A stretch of 64,000 nt of DNA from Candidatus Fermentibacteraceae bacterium (GCA_041750285.1 JBGSZS010000008.1:87850-151849); one strand, 5' to 3'; positions 1-9,382 are shown, numbered from the stretch's first letter. A program made the numbers and translations. Notes: generated by a model not told the origin, from the letters alone.

Positions 1-477
1 GACATGGAACTGGGCCGGTGGGTGCGGTCCCGACCCGTCATTGTCAGGCTGGGCGACGTCCTGTTCGTTCACGGGGGCATCGCGCCGGGCAGCGGGGTGG
101 ACGACATGTCGCTTTCCGGGATCAACGAACTGGTATGGCACGGCCTCGAAAGCTCATCGGTGGGATACCTCCTCGATGGAGTCGAGCGTGTCTTCGGAAG
201 CCTCGGACCGCTCTGGTTCAGGGGCTACCACTACGGCATGGAGGACATGTACCCCGAAACCACCGCGGAAGAGATCGCAATGCTTCTCGGCCGGTACGGC
301 GTGGAGAGGATCGTCGTGGGTCATACAGAACACGACAGCATCGCGGCGCTTTTCAGCGGGAGAGTGCTTGCCATAGACGTTCCAGTGGAGGACAGGGGCG
401 GCCAGCAGGCGCTTATGTGGGAAGCCGGTGCCTTCTACAGGGTCAACGCCGACGGGTCGAGGGTTCCCCTTCCCTGA
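1..477 (+). CDS. Calcineurin-like metallophosphoesterase (Shewanella-like phosphatase type), 5' partial
   Basis: Motifs LFVHGGI, GPLWFRGY, RIVVGHT; frame is open to the window edge. Confidence 0.8.
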   Translation, partial: DMELGRWVRSRPVIVRLGDVLFVHGGIAPGSGVDDMSLSGINELVWHGLESSSVGYLLDGVERVFGSLGPLWFRGYHYGMEDMYPETTAEEIAMLLGRYGVERIVVGHTEHDSIAALFSGRVLAIDVPVEDRGGQQALMWEAGAFYRVNADGSRVPLP

Positions 478-498
478 ACGTGTTCGGGAGCATTCATT

Positions 499-1251
499 TC
501 AGTCGATGAGGGCCGCCCCGAGTGCGCCGGTGATCCTGGGTTCGGGGGGAACAACCACGCTAAGACCGGTCTCAGCTTCGACGGCACGCACGACGCCCAT
601 GTTCCTTGCCACTCCCCCGGTGAAGACCAACGGGGCCGCCACGCCTGCTCCGCCAGCCATGCCCAGCGTCCGGGCCGCGACGGAGCGGAACACTCCCCTG
701 AGTATCCTCTCCCTGGGTATACCGCCCTGCAGAAGGCCGATGATCTCGCTTTCCGCAAAAACGGCGCACATCGTGCTTATCTCGACCGTGTCGTCACCGT
801 CACGGGTTGCCTCGTCCATTCTCTCAAGCGGGATACCGAGTATGTCGCCCGCCATCTCGATGAAGCGCCCGGTTCCCGCCGCGCATCGGTCGTTCATGGA
901 AAAGTCGACGGGTTTTCCGTTCTCGAGCCTGATGATCTTCGAGTCCTGCCCACCGATGTCGATGATCGTAGCCGTTTCGGGGTGAAGCTGAAAAACTCCC
1001 CTGGCGTGGCAGATTATCTCGCTGCACGTGCGTGTGGCGTGGCCGAAGTAGTTCCTGCCGTAGCCGGTGGCCACGATCGAGGCAAGGTCTTCCGGCACCA
1101 GCCCGTTCCTCCCGAGGATCTGCCTGAACATGGCCTCGGCGTTCCCCCGGGGGTCCCGCAGGCTGTCGCCTATGATCACATCCACCGTTCGGGTACCGTC
1201 GTGAAGAAGCACCTCGACGCTTCGTGCCCCGATGTCCACACCGCACCTCAT
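499..1251 (-). CDS. CoA-substrate-specific enzyme activase (HgdC/YjiL-type ASKHA ATPase, [4Fe-4S])
   Basis: GVDIG, ATGYGR, EIICHARG, IDIGGQDSK, MNDRCAAGTGRF, CAVFAESE, GALGAAL. Confidence 0.92.
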   Translation of the reverse strand: MRCGVDIGARSVEVLLHDGTRTVDVIIGDSLRDPRGNAEAMFRQILGRNGLVPEDLASIVATGYGRNYFGHATRTCSEIICHARGVFQLHPETATIIDIGGQDSKIIRLENGKPVDFSMNDRCAAGTGRFIEMAGDILGIPLERMDEATRDGDDTVEISTMCAVFAESEIIGLLQGGIPRERILRGVFRSVAARTLGMAGGAGVAAPLVFTGGVARNMGVVRAVEAETGLSVVVPPEPRITGALGAALID

Positions 1252-2378
1252 CGGGCCATCTCCAGGAGGGTCTGGATGCGGACCATGATCTGCTCCCTGT
1301 CACCCGGGCTGTAGTCGGTCTCCACCTTCAGGTAGGGAAGGTTGAGTTCCTTCCGGACGAACCCGCCGACCTGGAACGACTCGACGTTGTAGGTGTGGCA
1401 TGCCTGCCAGACAAGGTCGACAACTGCGTTGGCATTGAACTGCATGGCGAGCTTCGAGAGGAGTTCGAGCCTTCCTGTGTTTGGCGTCATGCAGCTGCAC
1501 GGGATGCGGAAGTGTTTCTCAGCTATCGCGGTGAGGGGGTCGCCCTCTTCGCTCACGGGGTCGAGGGGCTTGATGCCGCTGCATGTCTCCTGTACGACCA
1601 CAATCCCCCCGGCTTCCTCGATGATCTCCACGACCTTCAGCGTGCCCTCGCTCATGGGGCACCCTGTGACAAGCACCCTTGGCGCGTTCTCCTTCGCAGC
1701 GAAAACACCCCTCCTCTTCCTCTCCTCGAGCGCATCCCTCAGTTCCGAAAGCATGCGATGGTGCTCAGGCATGCCCGACACCCTGAAACGAAGCCTTCCC
1801 AGCTCGACGCCGCTTATCACGGGTCTGGGCTCGGCGCCGTACTCCATCACCGCCCGGAGAAGGGCCCTTTCCCTGTTCATGGTAGAGATCGCGCTGCGAA
1901 GGTCGTCGTCGCTTATCGGCTTTTTATAGAGTTCTTCAAGTCGGAGCTTGAGCTTCCTCACCTCCAGAAGCCAGTGCTCCCACGCCTCGGCCTCGAGCAC
2001 CTTCTGCGTGAGTTCGAGGATGTGCTGGGGCTTGCGCTCCCTGATGAGTTCCCAGACCTTCTTCTTCCCGTCGCAGGTGGTTTCCGCGACGATGAGGTCT
2101 GCCATGCCGAAGAAAGGGCAGCCGTTCGTGAGAATGTACCCCAGGGAAGACTTGATTAGGGGACAGAGGTTTGCGGGAAGAACTGTCTCCGCGGGTGGAA
2201 TGGTCTTGCGGCTGGAGCCGCAGAGGCAGATCGGGTAAGCGCCTGCGGCGAGTATCAGGTCACGGGGCGTGAACTCGCAGTAGATGCCCACAACGCCCTT
2301 TCCCTTCTTCTTTTCCGCCCTTACGAAATCGATCTCGGCTCCCACGGATGTGGCGAAGTACTCAAAAGGGTTGATCAT
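1248..2378 (-). CDS. Double-cubane-cluster anaerobic reductase / YjiM-like 2-hydroxyacyl-CoA dehydratase D family
   Basis: GIYCEFTP, NLCPLIKSS, CPFF, ETTCDGKKK, TGCP, ETCSG, CSCMTPN, ACHTYNVE, VETDYS; ATGA overlap with the activase. Confidence 0.85.
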   Translation of the reverse strand: MINPFEYFATSVGAEIDFVRAEKKKGKGVVGIYCEFTPRDLILAAGAYPICLCGSSRKTIPPAETVLPANLCPLIKSSLGYILTNGCPFFGMADLIVAETTCDGKKKVWELIRERKPQHILELTQKVLEAEAWEHWLLEVRKLKLRLEELYKKPISDDDLRSAISTMNRERALLRAVMEYGAEPRPVISGVELGRLRFRVSGMPEHHRMLSELRDALEERKRRGVFAAKENAPRVLVTGCPMSEGTLKVVEIIEEAGGIVVVQETCSGIKPLDPVSEEGDPLTAIAEKHFRIPCSCMTPNTGRLELLSKLAMQFNANAVVDLVWQACHTYNVESFQVGGFVRKELNLPYLKVETDYSPGDREQIMVRIQTLLEMAR

Positions 2379-3793
2379 GCTCTTCTCTCCCTGCGCTGTC
2401 TCACTATGTCCATGAAAGCCTCGATCCGGCTTCTCACCTGTTCACTCACCCTTCCCGGGCTGTAAGGCACGTCGAAGGAGAGTACGGGCAGCCCCAGCTC
2501 ATCCCTGACTCTCTCACTGATGATCCTGTCGTCCCAGGGACAGTGGCTCGCCCCGAATATCCCGCTCAAAAGCACCCCTTCGGCACGAAAGTGCCTGATG
2601 TCACGCACTATCGCATCGGCCCTCATTGCCGGCGAGCAGAGCAGCCTGTCGTCGAAGCAGTTCTCCGCCACCGCAGTGAGGGGATCGGTATCCTCCCGGA
2701 GTGGAAGGAAGGCGTGATTGATGAAGTAGTCCGTCCCCGCCACACACCCCCCCATGTCTTCAAGGAGGGGTATCAGCGAGGCGTCGGTGGGCGGGTACAC
2801 CCAGTAGATCCGAAGCGGGGGTTCTTCTCCTTTGAAGGGCGAAAGCCCCTGCGCGAGCCTCTCCTTCGCCACCCTGGCAAGCCCCTCGAGCACGGGGAAG
2901 CACTGGTCAGGCTCGCTGCAAGTGTGTATCGCGATGAACTCGGCAAGGTACATCTCAAGGCCGGGCAGCGGCGGGTAGTCGGCCCCGTAGACAAGCTCCC
3001 GAAGGTCCCTGACAATGGTGCGCAGCCTGTTGAAGAGCGCCACGCTTCCACGGAGCATTTCTTCCGAGCACCTTACCCCTGTCGTTGTCTCCAGGGCGGA
3101 AACAACACCCGCCAGCTGTCCCCGCACGAAGGCAAGGTCTTTTTCCGAGAATGGCACTCCCCCGAAAGGGGTAACAGAGCCTCTACCCCCGGGCACCGGT
3201 GCCGTCATCTCCCACCAGTGCACGGGCATTCCGAGCCCCTCAACAAGCTGCATCACCGCGCTGAAGTCGTCGCAGCACGCCCCGACACCGGCCACGCAGA
3301 GGTCGGGCCTGGGAAAGTAATCGAGGGTTTTCATGGCGCCCAGAACGGCCCGCACGTAGCAAAGCTCCTCGGTTGCGCCAAGGTCGGAAGCTGCGTCGAG
3401 AAGGTGGGTGCTTTCGGCGAAACACGGCGCCCACCACAGTTCGTCGGCGTAGAAGGAGAGCTGCCCGGGGAAGGCGTAGGCGAGAACGGCGGTCTGCCCG
3501 AGGTCCTTCATAAGGGCGATGATCCTGGCGCCCGAGTTCTTCGCCAGGAAAAGCCTGTCCTTCTCGCTGAACAGAAATGCCCACAGCCTGAGTGCCTCGG
3601 GAGAGCTGTCGAACCTAAGCCGCCTCAGAAGCAGGTCGCCGCGGCACGAATACTCCCAGGGCGTGAACAGGTATTCCACTCCGCCGGGTATGAATCCCCT
3701 GAGGGACCGGCACTGCGCGGCGAACTCATCAGGTATCTTCAGCTTGCGCGATTCCCACTCAAGGGCCGTGAGTTTTCGCACAGGGTCATGCAT
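2375..3793 (-). CDS. 2-hydroxyacyl-CoA dehydratase (HgdB/FldB) family protein
   Basis: Real start probably MHDPVRKL at 3793, overlapping the upstream stop; ELCYVRA, GACCDDF, HCPWD, LPVLSFD..Q.RSRIEAF. Confidence 0.75.
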   Translation of the reverse strand: MHDPVRKLTALEWESRKLKIPDEFAAQCRSLRGFIPGGVEYLFTPWEYSCRGDLLLRRLRFDSSPEALRLWAFLFSEKDRLFLAKNSGARIIALMKDLGQTAVLAYAFPGQLSFYADELWWAPCFAESTHLLDAASDLGATEELCYVRAVLGAMKTLDYFPRPDLCVAGVGACCDDFSAVMQLVEGLGMPVHWWEMTAPVPGGRGSVTPFGGVPFSEKDLAFVRGQLAGVVSALETTTGVRCSEEMLRGSVALFNRLRTIVRDLRELVYGADYPPLPGLEMYLAEFIAIHTCSEPDQCFPVLEGLARVAKERLAQGLSPFKGEEPPLRIYWVYPPTDASLIPLLEDMGGCVAGTDYFINHAFLPLREDTDPLTAVAENCFDDRLLCSPAMRADAIVRDIRHFRAEGVLLSGIFGASHCPWDDRIISERVRDELGLPVLSFDVPYSPGRVSEQVRSRIEAFMDIVRQRRERRA

Positions 3794-4781
3794 TACGGGC
3801 CTCCAGGGTCTCCACGAACGCCTGGAGCCGGACGGAGGACCGTCCCCGCTCCCCCGGGGAAAGGTCGCTCGAAAGCACCAGCACCGGGAACGGCATCCGG
3901 CGGAACCTCTCCTTCTCGGTGTGCCAGAGGTCGCAGAAGGAAAGGGTCTTGAGAACAAGGCCGTGGCAGCCGGAATCGACGACCTGCCCGGCAATCCACT
4001 CAAGAACCCCGTGGTTCGGCCGGTTACGTATGCAGCGGGCATCGTTGAACGATGCGAGCGCGAGTTCCCGGATGGAACCGTCCGCCGGGACCGTTGACGG
4101 AAGCCCGGAAAGACCCGTACATCCAAGGGGAAGGTAACCCGCTCCGAGTTCCGCAAGGGTGCCCGGTACAACATCATCACCCCGGGCCATGACACTTCCC
4201 GTAACAGCGATCCTGACCCCGGGCGTCCGGCTTTCAAGGGCAACCTCCCGCGGGAAGGTATTCCCTGCGAAAAAACCGAGGAACAGCTCCTGAAGGATCA
4301 GCGGCGGTACCCGGAATGAGAGGGCCGCCGCCCGAAGCACGGCAGCCCCCCTGAGACGTTCGGTCTCCCATGCAAGGGCCGCCACGGGGTCATATCCTGA
4401 GGAGAAACCGGCTTTGACGACCTCCAATGCAAGGTTCTCTACTGAGTCGCAGAACCAGCCCGCTGACTCGGCAGTCCTTGTGGCGGGGAACTGAAGCAGG
4501 AAGACCTTTTTGCCCGACAGGCGTTCGAGTTCCTGAAAGAGGCGCCTGGTCATGTCGCAGGTGTACATCCCCGCCCATGCGTCCACCGAACCGAATCCCT
4601 CAGAACAGGTCACGATACCGCCGAGCACCGATTTTACGAAGGGGCAGAGGTCGGGGCGGACAAGGGCTTCCCCTGCCCTCTCCGGGCCCGCAACCACGCC
4701 ACGCCACGGCTGGAGCCCAAGGCCCACAGCAACAGCCGGGGGAAAGCCACGGCAGAGGTAACCAAGAACGGGCTGGTTTAT
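3786..4781 (-). CDS. 2-hydroxyacyl-CoA dehydratase (HgdB) family protein, probable AUA start
   Basis: DLCPFVKS, YTCDMTRR, RCIRNRPN, LSFCDLW, RLQAFVE. Family-like N-terminus (INQPVLGYLCRGFP) extends the track ORF from 4727 to ATA at 4781, which has AAGGAG upstream. Confidence 0.75.
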   Translation of the reverse strand: MNQPVLGYLCRGFPPAVAVGLGLQPWRGVVAGPERAGEALVRPDLCPFVKSVLGGIVTCSEGFGSVDAWAGMYTCDMTRRLFQELERLSGKKVFLLQFPATRTAESAGWFCDSVENLALEVVKAGFSSGYDPVAALAWETERLRGAAVLRAAALSFRVPPLILQELFLGFFAGNTFPREVALESRTPGVRIAVTGSVMARGDDVVPGTLAELGAGYLPLGCTGLSGLPSTVPADGSIRELALASFNDARCIRNRPNHGVLEWIAGQVVDSGCHGLVLKTLSFCDLWHTEKERFRRMPFPVLVLSSDLSPGERGRSSVRLQAFVETLEARNA

Positions 4782-5581
4782 GAGCGCTCCTTCACGGCAA
4801 CGAACCGTCCCCTGCCGAAGTTCCCGGCACGCGCCTTCTCAAGCATGAAACCGAACTCGGCACCGAGGAATGCGAAGACATCAGGGTTCCAGCCCAGTAT
4901 CCGCATCGCGTCGAAGTGCCTCTGGCCCGCGAGCTGCCCAAGGTAGTTCTGAATGTGATCGGCGAAATCCGCCGTATGATCGGATACCTCCAGCACCCTG
5001 AACCCGTTCTCCTGGAGAAGCGTGGTGTAACCCTTGATGCAGAGCATGTCGGGGAACTTCATCACAGAACAGATGCGCCGGGCCGAATCCTCGTCCATCC
5101 CCGCGGGGCCGATCAGCCAGTCCGTGAAGGCGATCTTCCCGCCGGGGCGCAGCACCCTTGCGGCCTCGGAGATGAGCCGGGCCTTGTCCTCAACGTAGCA
5201 CCAGGCGTCCTCGCCCCACACGCCGTCGAATCGCGCGTCGGGGTAGGGGATCGCAGTGACGTCGCCAAGCTTGACCTCGCAGTTGCCAAAGCCCGCCTCG
5301 GAAAGCCTTTTTTGGGACTCGTCCACCATGTGGGGGGTTGCATCAACGCCGTACGCCTTCACGCCGTATGTTCTGGCCAGGAAGTGCATGCCGGCCCCCA
5401 GGGCCGAGCAGAGGTCTACCACTTCATCCCCGGCCTTCCATCCCGCTATGTCTCCCAGGGCTTTCGAGCTTGCGTACCCTCCGACATGGATCTGCTCGCC
5501 CATGATGAGCTCCCACAGCCTGCCCTCAAAGCCGCTGTAGACTTCTTTGACATTCTCAAGGGTCATTCCGGTTTTCTGCAT
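4778..5581 (-). CDS. Class I SAM-dependent methyltransferase (Methyltransf_11; sarcosine/sterol MT-like)
   Basis: GEQIHVGG, VVDLCSALG, GDVTAIPYPDARFD, RVLRPGGKIAFTDW; GGAGGG RBS before ATG 5581. Confidence 0.85.
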   Translation of the reverse strand: MQKTGMTLENVKEVYSGFEGRLWELIMGEQIHVGGYASSKALGDIAGWKAGDEVVDLCSALGAGMHFLARTYGVKAYGVDATPHMVDESQKRLSEAGFGNCEVKLGDVTAIPYPDARFDGVWGEDAWCYVEDKARLISEAARVLRPGGKIAFTDWLIGPAGMDEDSARRICSVMKFPDMLCIKGYTTLLQENGFRVLEVSDHTADFADHIQNYLGQLAGQRHFDAMRILGWNPDVFAFLGAEFGFMLEKARAGNFGRGRFVAVKERS

Positions 5582-5755
5582 TGCGCCCTCCAAGCTGCCG
5601 GGGTTCCGGCGTTGCGGCGGAGAGCGGAGAGGTTACGGAACGCGTCCCTGCACTCCACCTGTGCCCGGGTTCCCACGGAACCCGTTAAAGGTTCCTCAGG
5701 TCCGCGATACGATGGTGTGCAGGTTCATCAATTCCCTTCCGTACGGGTAAGTTTT
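5582..5755 (-). ncRNA. Candidate structured 5' leader (cis-regulatory RNA) of the methyltransferase operon
   Basis: Nested helices UACGGAA/UUCCGUA, CCUGCAC/GUGCAGG, ACCUG/CAGGU, CGGGUUCC/GGAACCCG; CUCUCC anti-SD; 10-codon uORF at 5696-5728. Confidence 0.4.
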
Positions 5756-5759
5756 TCGA

Positions 5760-5788
5760 ACACTACGGAAAGACCGGGGGTTGGTCAA
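5760..5788 (-). promoter_or_regulatory. Sigma70-type promoter TTGACC-N17-TAGTGT
   Basis: -35 at 5783-5788, -10 at 5760-5765, 17-nt spacer, upstream of the methyltransferase operon. Confidence 0.6.
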
Positions 5789-5840
5789 GAGGGTCGAACA
5801 CCGTATTCCGGCATCCGACCCTCAAGTTCAACAACCGAAC

Positions 5841-7520
5841 CTAGAGCAGTATCATCCGTGACACAAAAACCCTGGAACCGTTCTCCATCCTCACGAGGTA
5901 AACGCCAGGCGGGACCGAGCCGGACCTGTTCCAGGAGACCGACGCGCCCTCCGCCCCCAGAACCGTGCCAAGGCTGTCAACGAGCCGTCCGGAGAGGTCG
6001 TAGATCCGAACAAAGGCAGTCTCTCCCGCAACCCCGCCCAGAACAAAGCTCACCGCTCCCCTGGAGGGGTTAGGTGTTACTCGAAGGAACCCGGAGCACG
6101 AACCGGGGTCAACGCCCAGGTACTGACCCATGGTGCCATCGGACTGGATGTTCTGGGCGTAGACGCCGCCGTCACTCCTGAAGTCGGTCCAGGCATAGTA
6201 GGCGCCGCCATCGTATCCCGGGCACACCACGGGGTCGTCCTTGCCCCCGAGGCTTCCCGCCGAAAGCGAGACCGGCCCCCACAGGACCGTTCCATCGAAG
6301 CCAAGCTTCAGGACCTTGAGGGATGTGTTCGACGAATTGATGAAGTAGGAGACGAAGATCCCGTCTGTTGACGCCATGGCAGTAACGAAGGCAGTCTGCT
6401 CCGCCCCGAGCGGAAGAAGCTCGAGGCCGCTGTCCGTCCACAACCGATCCCCTGTTTCAGAGAACTTCTGTCCGTAGACACCGTACATGTTCTGGTTGGC
6501 GTTGCTCTCCACCCAGAAGACAAAGCATTCGCCCGCGGTGTTCATCACCGCCGAGGGGCTCATGTGCAGCCTGTCCTCGGAAAAAGTCGAGGCCTGGGCG
6601 CCGTTGAAGGGGAAAAGGTTGATGCCCTGGCTGTCGAGGTGCTGCACCCACACATCGAACGCGTTCACAGTGGGTGAATCGTACCAGAAGCAAACAGCCC
6701 CGTCTGAACCATCCCCGATGATCCCCGGGAAGGTCCATGGGGTAATGGCGCCGGTGTTGTAGACAAGGACCGGCGAGTCGCTCCAGGTGCCCTCTCCGTT
6801 CACATCGAGCATGTCCGCGTAGAGGTGGGTCACCGTCATGGGGTATGACCCGGTCGAGCTTTTCCAGAGAACTATGACGCTGTCCTGGCCCGAGGCAACC
6901 ATGGCCGGCGAGGAAAGGTCCGCCGAAGCGCTCGACAGGACAAGACCGTAGTCTCCCCACAGTTTCTCGCCCGAAGGGGAGAGCTTCTGGAAGACGAGGT
7001 AGTCGGTGTCTTCGGACTTGCCCCAGGCAAAAACGCAGTTCCCCTGATCCGTCACCGCGACCACGGGGTTCGGCTCAAACCCCGGAACCGAAGGGTTCGA
7101 GAGGCAAATTCCATCGTCCCCCCACAGGAACTCCCCCGAACTGCTTACCTTGTAGACCGAGACGTCCAGTTCGCCCGAGCCGTTCCTCTCGTCCGAAAAC
7201 GCCAGAACTGCGTTGTCCGACCCGTCGACGGCCATAGAGTAGTCTACGATCCAGCTCATCTGGGGCTGGTCGCTCACAAGAATCCCGTCATCCCCAAGCT
7301 GGGGATTGCCCTGGTAATCCAAACGCTGAAGGTAGACGCAGTAGCTCCCCGACCTGGTATCGAACCAGGAGATGAAGCACCCGCCGTCTGATGTGGGAAC
7401 GATCTTTGGAAGAACCTGCTCACCCGAAAGGTCACAGATCGTGAGATTCAGGGTGGAATCAGGGCTCCACTGGCCGAGAAGAAGTGATGGAAGAAGGAAC
7501 AACCACGGAAAGGCTCTCAT
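5841..7520 (-). CDS. Secreted beta-propeller-like protein with T9SS/FlgD-like C-terminal domain
   Basis: Signal peptide; repeated YxQxLDxxG / LWGxxG units; tail VTPNP...IYDLSGRLV...PGVYLVRM...RMILL. Confidence 0.8.
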   Translation of the reverse strand: MRAFPWLFLLPSLLLGQWSPDSTLNLTICDLSGEQVLPKIVPTSDGGCFISWFDTRSGSYCVYLQRLDYQGNPQLGDDGILVSDQPQMSWIVDYSMAVDGSDNAVLAFSDERNGSGELDVSVYKVSSSGEFLWGDDGICLSNPSVPGFEPNPVVAVTDQGNCVFAWGKSEDTDYLVFQKLSPSGEKLWGDYGLVLSSASADLSSPAMVASGQDSVIVLWKSSTGSYPMTVTHLYADMLDVNGEGTWSDSPVLVYNTGAITPWTFPGIIGDGSDGAVCFWYDSPTVNAFDVWVQHLDSQGINLFPFNGAQASTFSEDRLHMSPSAVMNTAGECFVFWVESNANQNMYGVYGQKFSETGDRLWTDSGLELLPLGAEQTAFVTAMASTDGIFVSYFINSSNTSLKVLKLGFDGTVLWGPVSLSAGSLGGKDDPVVCPGYDGGAYYAWTDFRSDGGVYAQNIQSDGTMGQYLGVDPGSCSGFLRVTPNPSRGAVSFVLGGVAGETAFVRIYDLSGRLVDSLGTVLGAEGASVSWNRSGSVPPGVYLVRMENGSRVFVSRMILL

Positions 7521-7609
7521 GGCGACCCCCGATCATGTTCAAACCACCCCGCAGCACTCTGCAGAACACCCGGCATGAGATACAAAAAACCGGAGGATCA
7601 GACAATGGA

Positions 7610-8392
7610 TCAAGGCGAACTGCTCTTCACTCCCATGGTGCCACGCAGCTCTTCCGCGAGTTGGGAGTACCTTTCCCGGGCTTCCAGGAACTTGCTGCGG
7701 AGGTCATCGGACGACTTCACCAGAAGAAGCCTTTCCACAAGCGCCGCGTCTTCGGGTGGATAATCACGGTAGGCGTATCGAAGACCGAAGTCCACCTTTT
7801 GCGGCCGGTGCCTGAGGTTCAGCATCACACCAAGGTTCCTGACGATGTACTGGTAGTAGAATGGAAAAGCTTCGGAGACCCTGTCTCTGGCCAGAGCCTT
7901 CCCCACCTCGATCTCCAGCACGAAACCCTGTTCAAGCGCTGTCGCATAGAACTTCCGTGCCTTTTCGAGAACCTGTTCAGGGGGTGTCGGGGCGGTGTCG
8001 ACGATGGGTTCCTTCTCGAACCAGACCACTGCTTCACCATGACGGTCGCGAGCGGTGAACCTGTCGTGGACGGATCTTCTGATGAAGGCCAGGTCCAGAT
8101 AGTAGAACTCAGGGGTATCCGACAGAAGGTAGAAGATCTGGGAGAACCCGTGCCAGGCTGGTTCGGGCATCCTGAGCCTCTTGAGTATGCCGTACCGTTC
8201 ACCAAGAAATCCATCCAACTGTGAGATGACTGCCTCAATGGAATCGTCTCTGCACGCGATCGACAGATCCAGGTCAGAGTACACGTCCTTATACCCGGTG
8301 GCGGCGGAGCCACCCTCCCAGGCCGCGATGACCTCGTCTCGCCCTGAAAGGAAGCTCTTCAGTTCACTTGTTACCTGTTCGGGGGTGTTCAT
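7610..8392 (-). CDS. Nucleotidyltransferase-domain protein (DNA pol beta superfamily)
   Basis: WEGGSAATGYKDVYSDLDL (GS...DxD motif). Confidence 0.75.
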   Translation of the reverse strand: MNTPEQVTSELKSFLSGRDEVIAAWEGGSAATGYKDVYSDLDLSIACRDDSIEAVISQLDGFLGERYGILKRLRMPEPAWHGFSQIFYLLSDTPEFYYLDLAFIRRSVHDRFTARDRHGEAVVWFEKEPIVDTAPTPPEQVLEKARKFYATALEQGFVLEIEVGKALARDRVSEAFPFYYQYIVRNLGVMLNLRHRPQKVDFGLRYAYRDYPPEDAALVERLLLVKSSDDLRSKFLEARERYSQLAEELRGTMGVKSSSP

Positions 8393-8428
8393 TCAAGGCA
8401 CTCCTTCAAAACAGTCCAAAACGAACGA

Positions 8429-9382
8429 TCAGCCCTTGAAAACCTCTTCGGCATGCCACGCCAGTTTGTCGCGGTCGGGGCGCCAGCCCGCATTGGCAGG
8501 CAGTACAATGCCGGTTCCGTTCATTTCGTAGTAGCTCCGGCCGTTGCTGAACTCCTCCCTCAGCCTGTCCCCGACCCTGAAGACGTAGTCCGGCGTAACT
8601 GTAACGTAGCCACGGTCGTAAAGGCTGTGAAGGTCACGGCGCAGGAGTATACCGTTGTCTATCCGGTGTTCGCCGCCCAGTCCGTACGGTTTTATGTGCG
8701 CGGCCTCGAGAACCGGCATCGAGTGCTCCCGTGTCACTGCACAAGCGCCACCGTAGGCTTCACGAACCGCAATGCTGAAAAGCCCCTGACCAAGGCGGGG
8801 ATGCACGGTTACCCCGGCGCCGAACCTTTCCGCACCCTCGGCCACGAGTGAAGGCGACCGTTCGACGTTCCAGTACACTGCACCCGCGCTTGCCCGGTCG
8901 AGACACTGGGTGAGGACACGAAGACCTTCACCGGTTTGGGTTTGGTATGTCTTTCCCTGCTGGATCCCGGTACGGGCCCAATCGGAAGGCGGCATGATCC
9001 ATTGCTCCCGCGGAAAGAACACCGGCGCAGCTATCATGATGCACCCTATCATGAAATCGCCGGAGCGCTCAAGGCGGCTTCCTCCCCCCCGCAGACGAAG
9101 GATTCGGTCGAGCATTCCCTGAAAGTCTGACGCCCCGTTCATTTCTCCGAAGCAGTCCCATGCGAGCCAAGCGGGAAGTACCTCGAACCGTTCGAAGAAT
9201 CCGAAACCGACTATCGCCTTCTCGGGAGCGCGAAGCTTGAAGATGAAGGGATCACCCTTCTGGAGGGCTCGAAAAGCCCTTCCGCCGTGGGGCTGCCAGA
9301 AGTTGACCTCGTCCACCCGTGACTTGCCTGCAAGGAACGAGTACCACTCCGGATCGGTCAGCGCGATGTATCCCGACGGCAT
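8429..9382 (-). CDS. HNH endonuclease (putative restriction endonuclease, HNH_2 type)
   Basis: RLGQGLF...AYGGACAVT..VLEAAHIKPY...NGILLRRDLHSLYDRG; N-terminal TDxEWYxFL/EVNFWQP domain; start set at MPSGY. Confidence 0.85.
   Translation of the reverse strand: MPSGYIALTDPEWYSFLAGKSRVDEVNFWQPHGGRAFRALQKGDPFIFKLRAPEKAIVGFGFFERFEVLPAWLAWDCFGEMNGASDFQGMLDRILRLRGGGSRLERSGDFMIGCIMIAAPVFFPREQWIMPPSDWARTGIQQGKTYQTQTGEGLRVLTQCLDRASAGAVYWNVERSPSLVAEGAERFGAGVTVHPRLGQGLFSIAVREAYGGACAVTREHSMPVLEAAHIKPYGLGGEHRIDNGILLRRDLHSLYDRGYVTVTPDYVFRVGDRLREEFSNGRSYYEMNGTGIVLPANAGWRPDRDKLAWHAEEVFKG

Noticed and set aside
3794..4243. 150-aa N-terminal extension of the 622-aa track ORF
   Set aside because: Arg/Ser/Pro-rich off-frame translation overlapping the neighbouring HgdB-like gene; the real start is probably 3793.
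5600..5760. Possible tRNA-Sec, 6S or SRP RNA in this intergenic region
   Set aside because: No UCA anticodon loop or T-loop, no SRP GGAAG-CAGC domain IV, and no convincing 6S central bubble; kept only as an unassigned leader.
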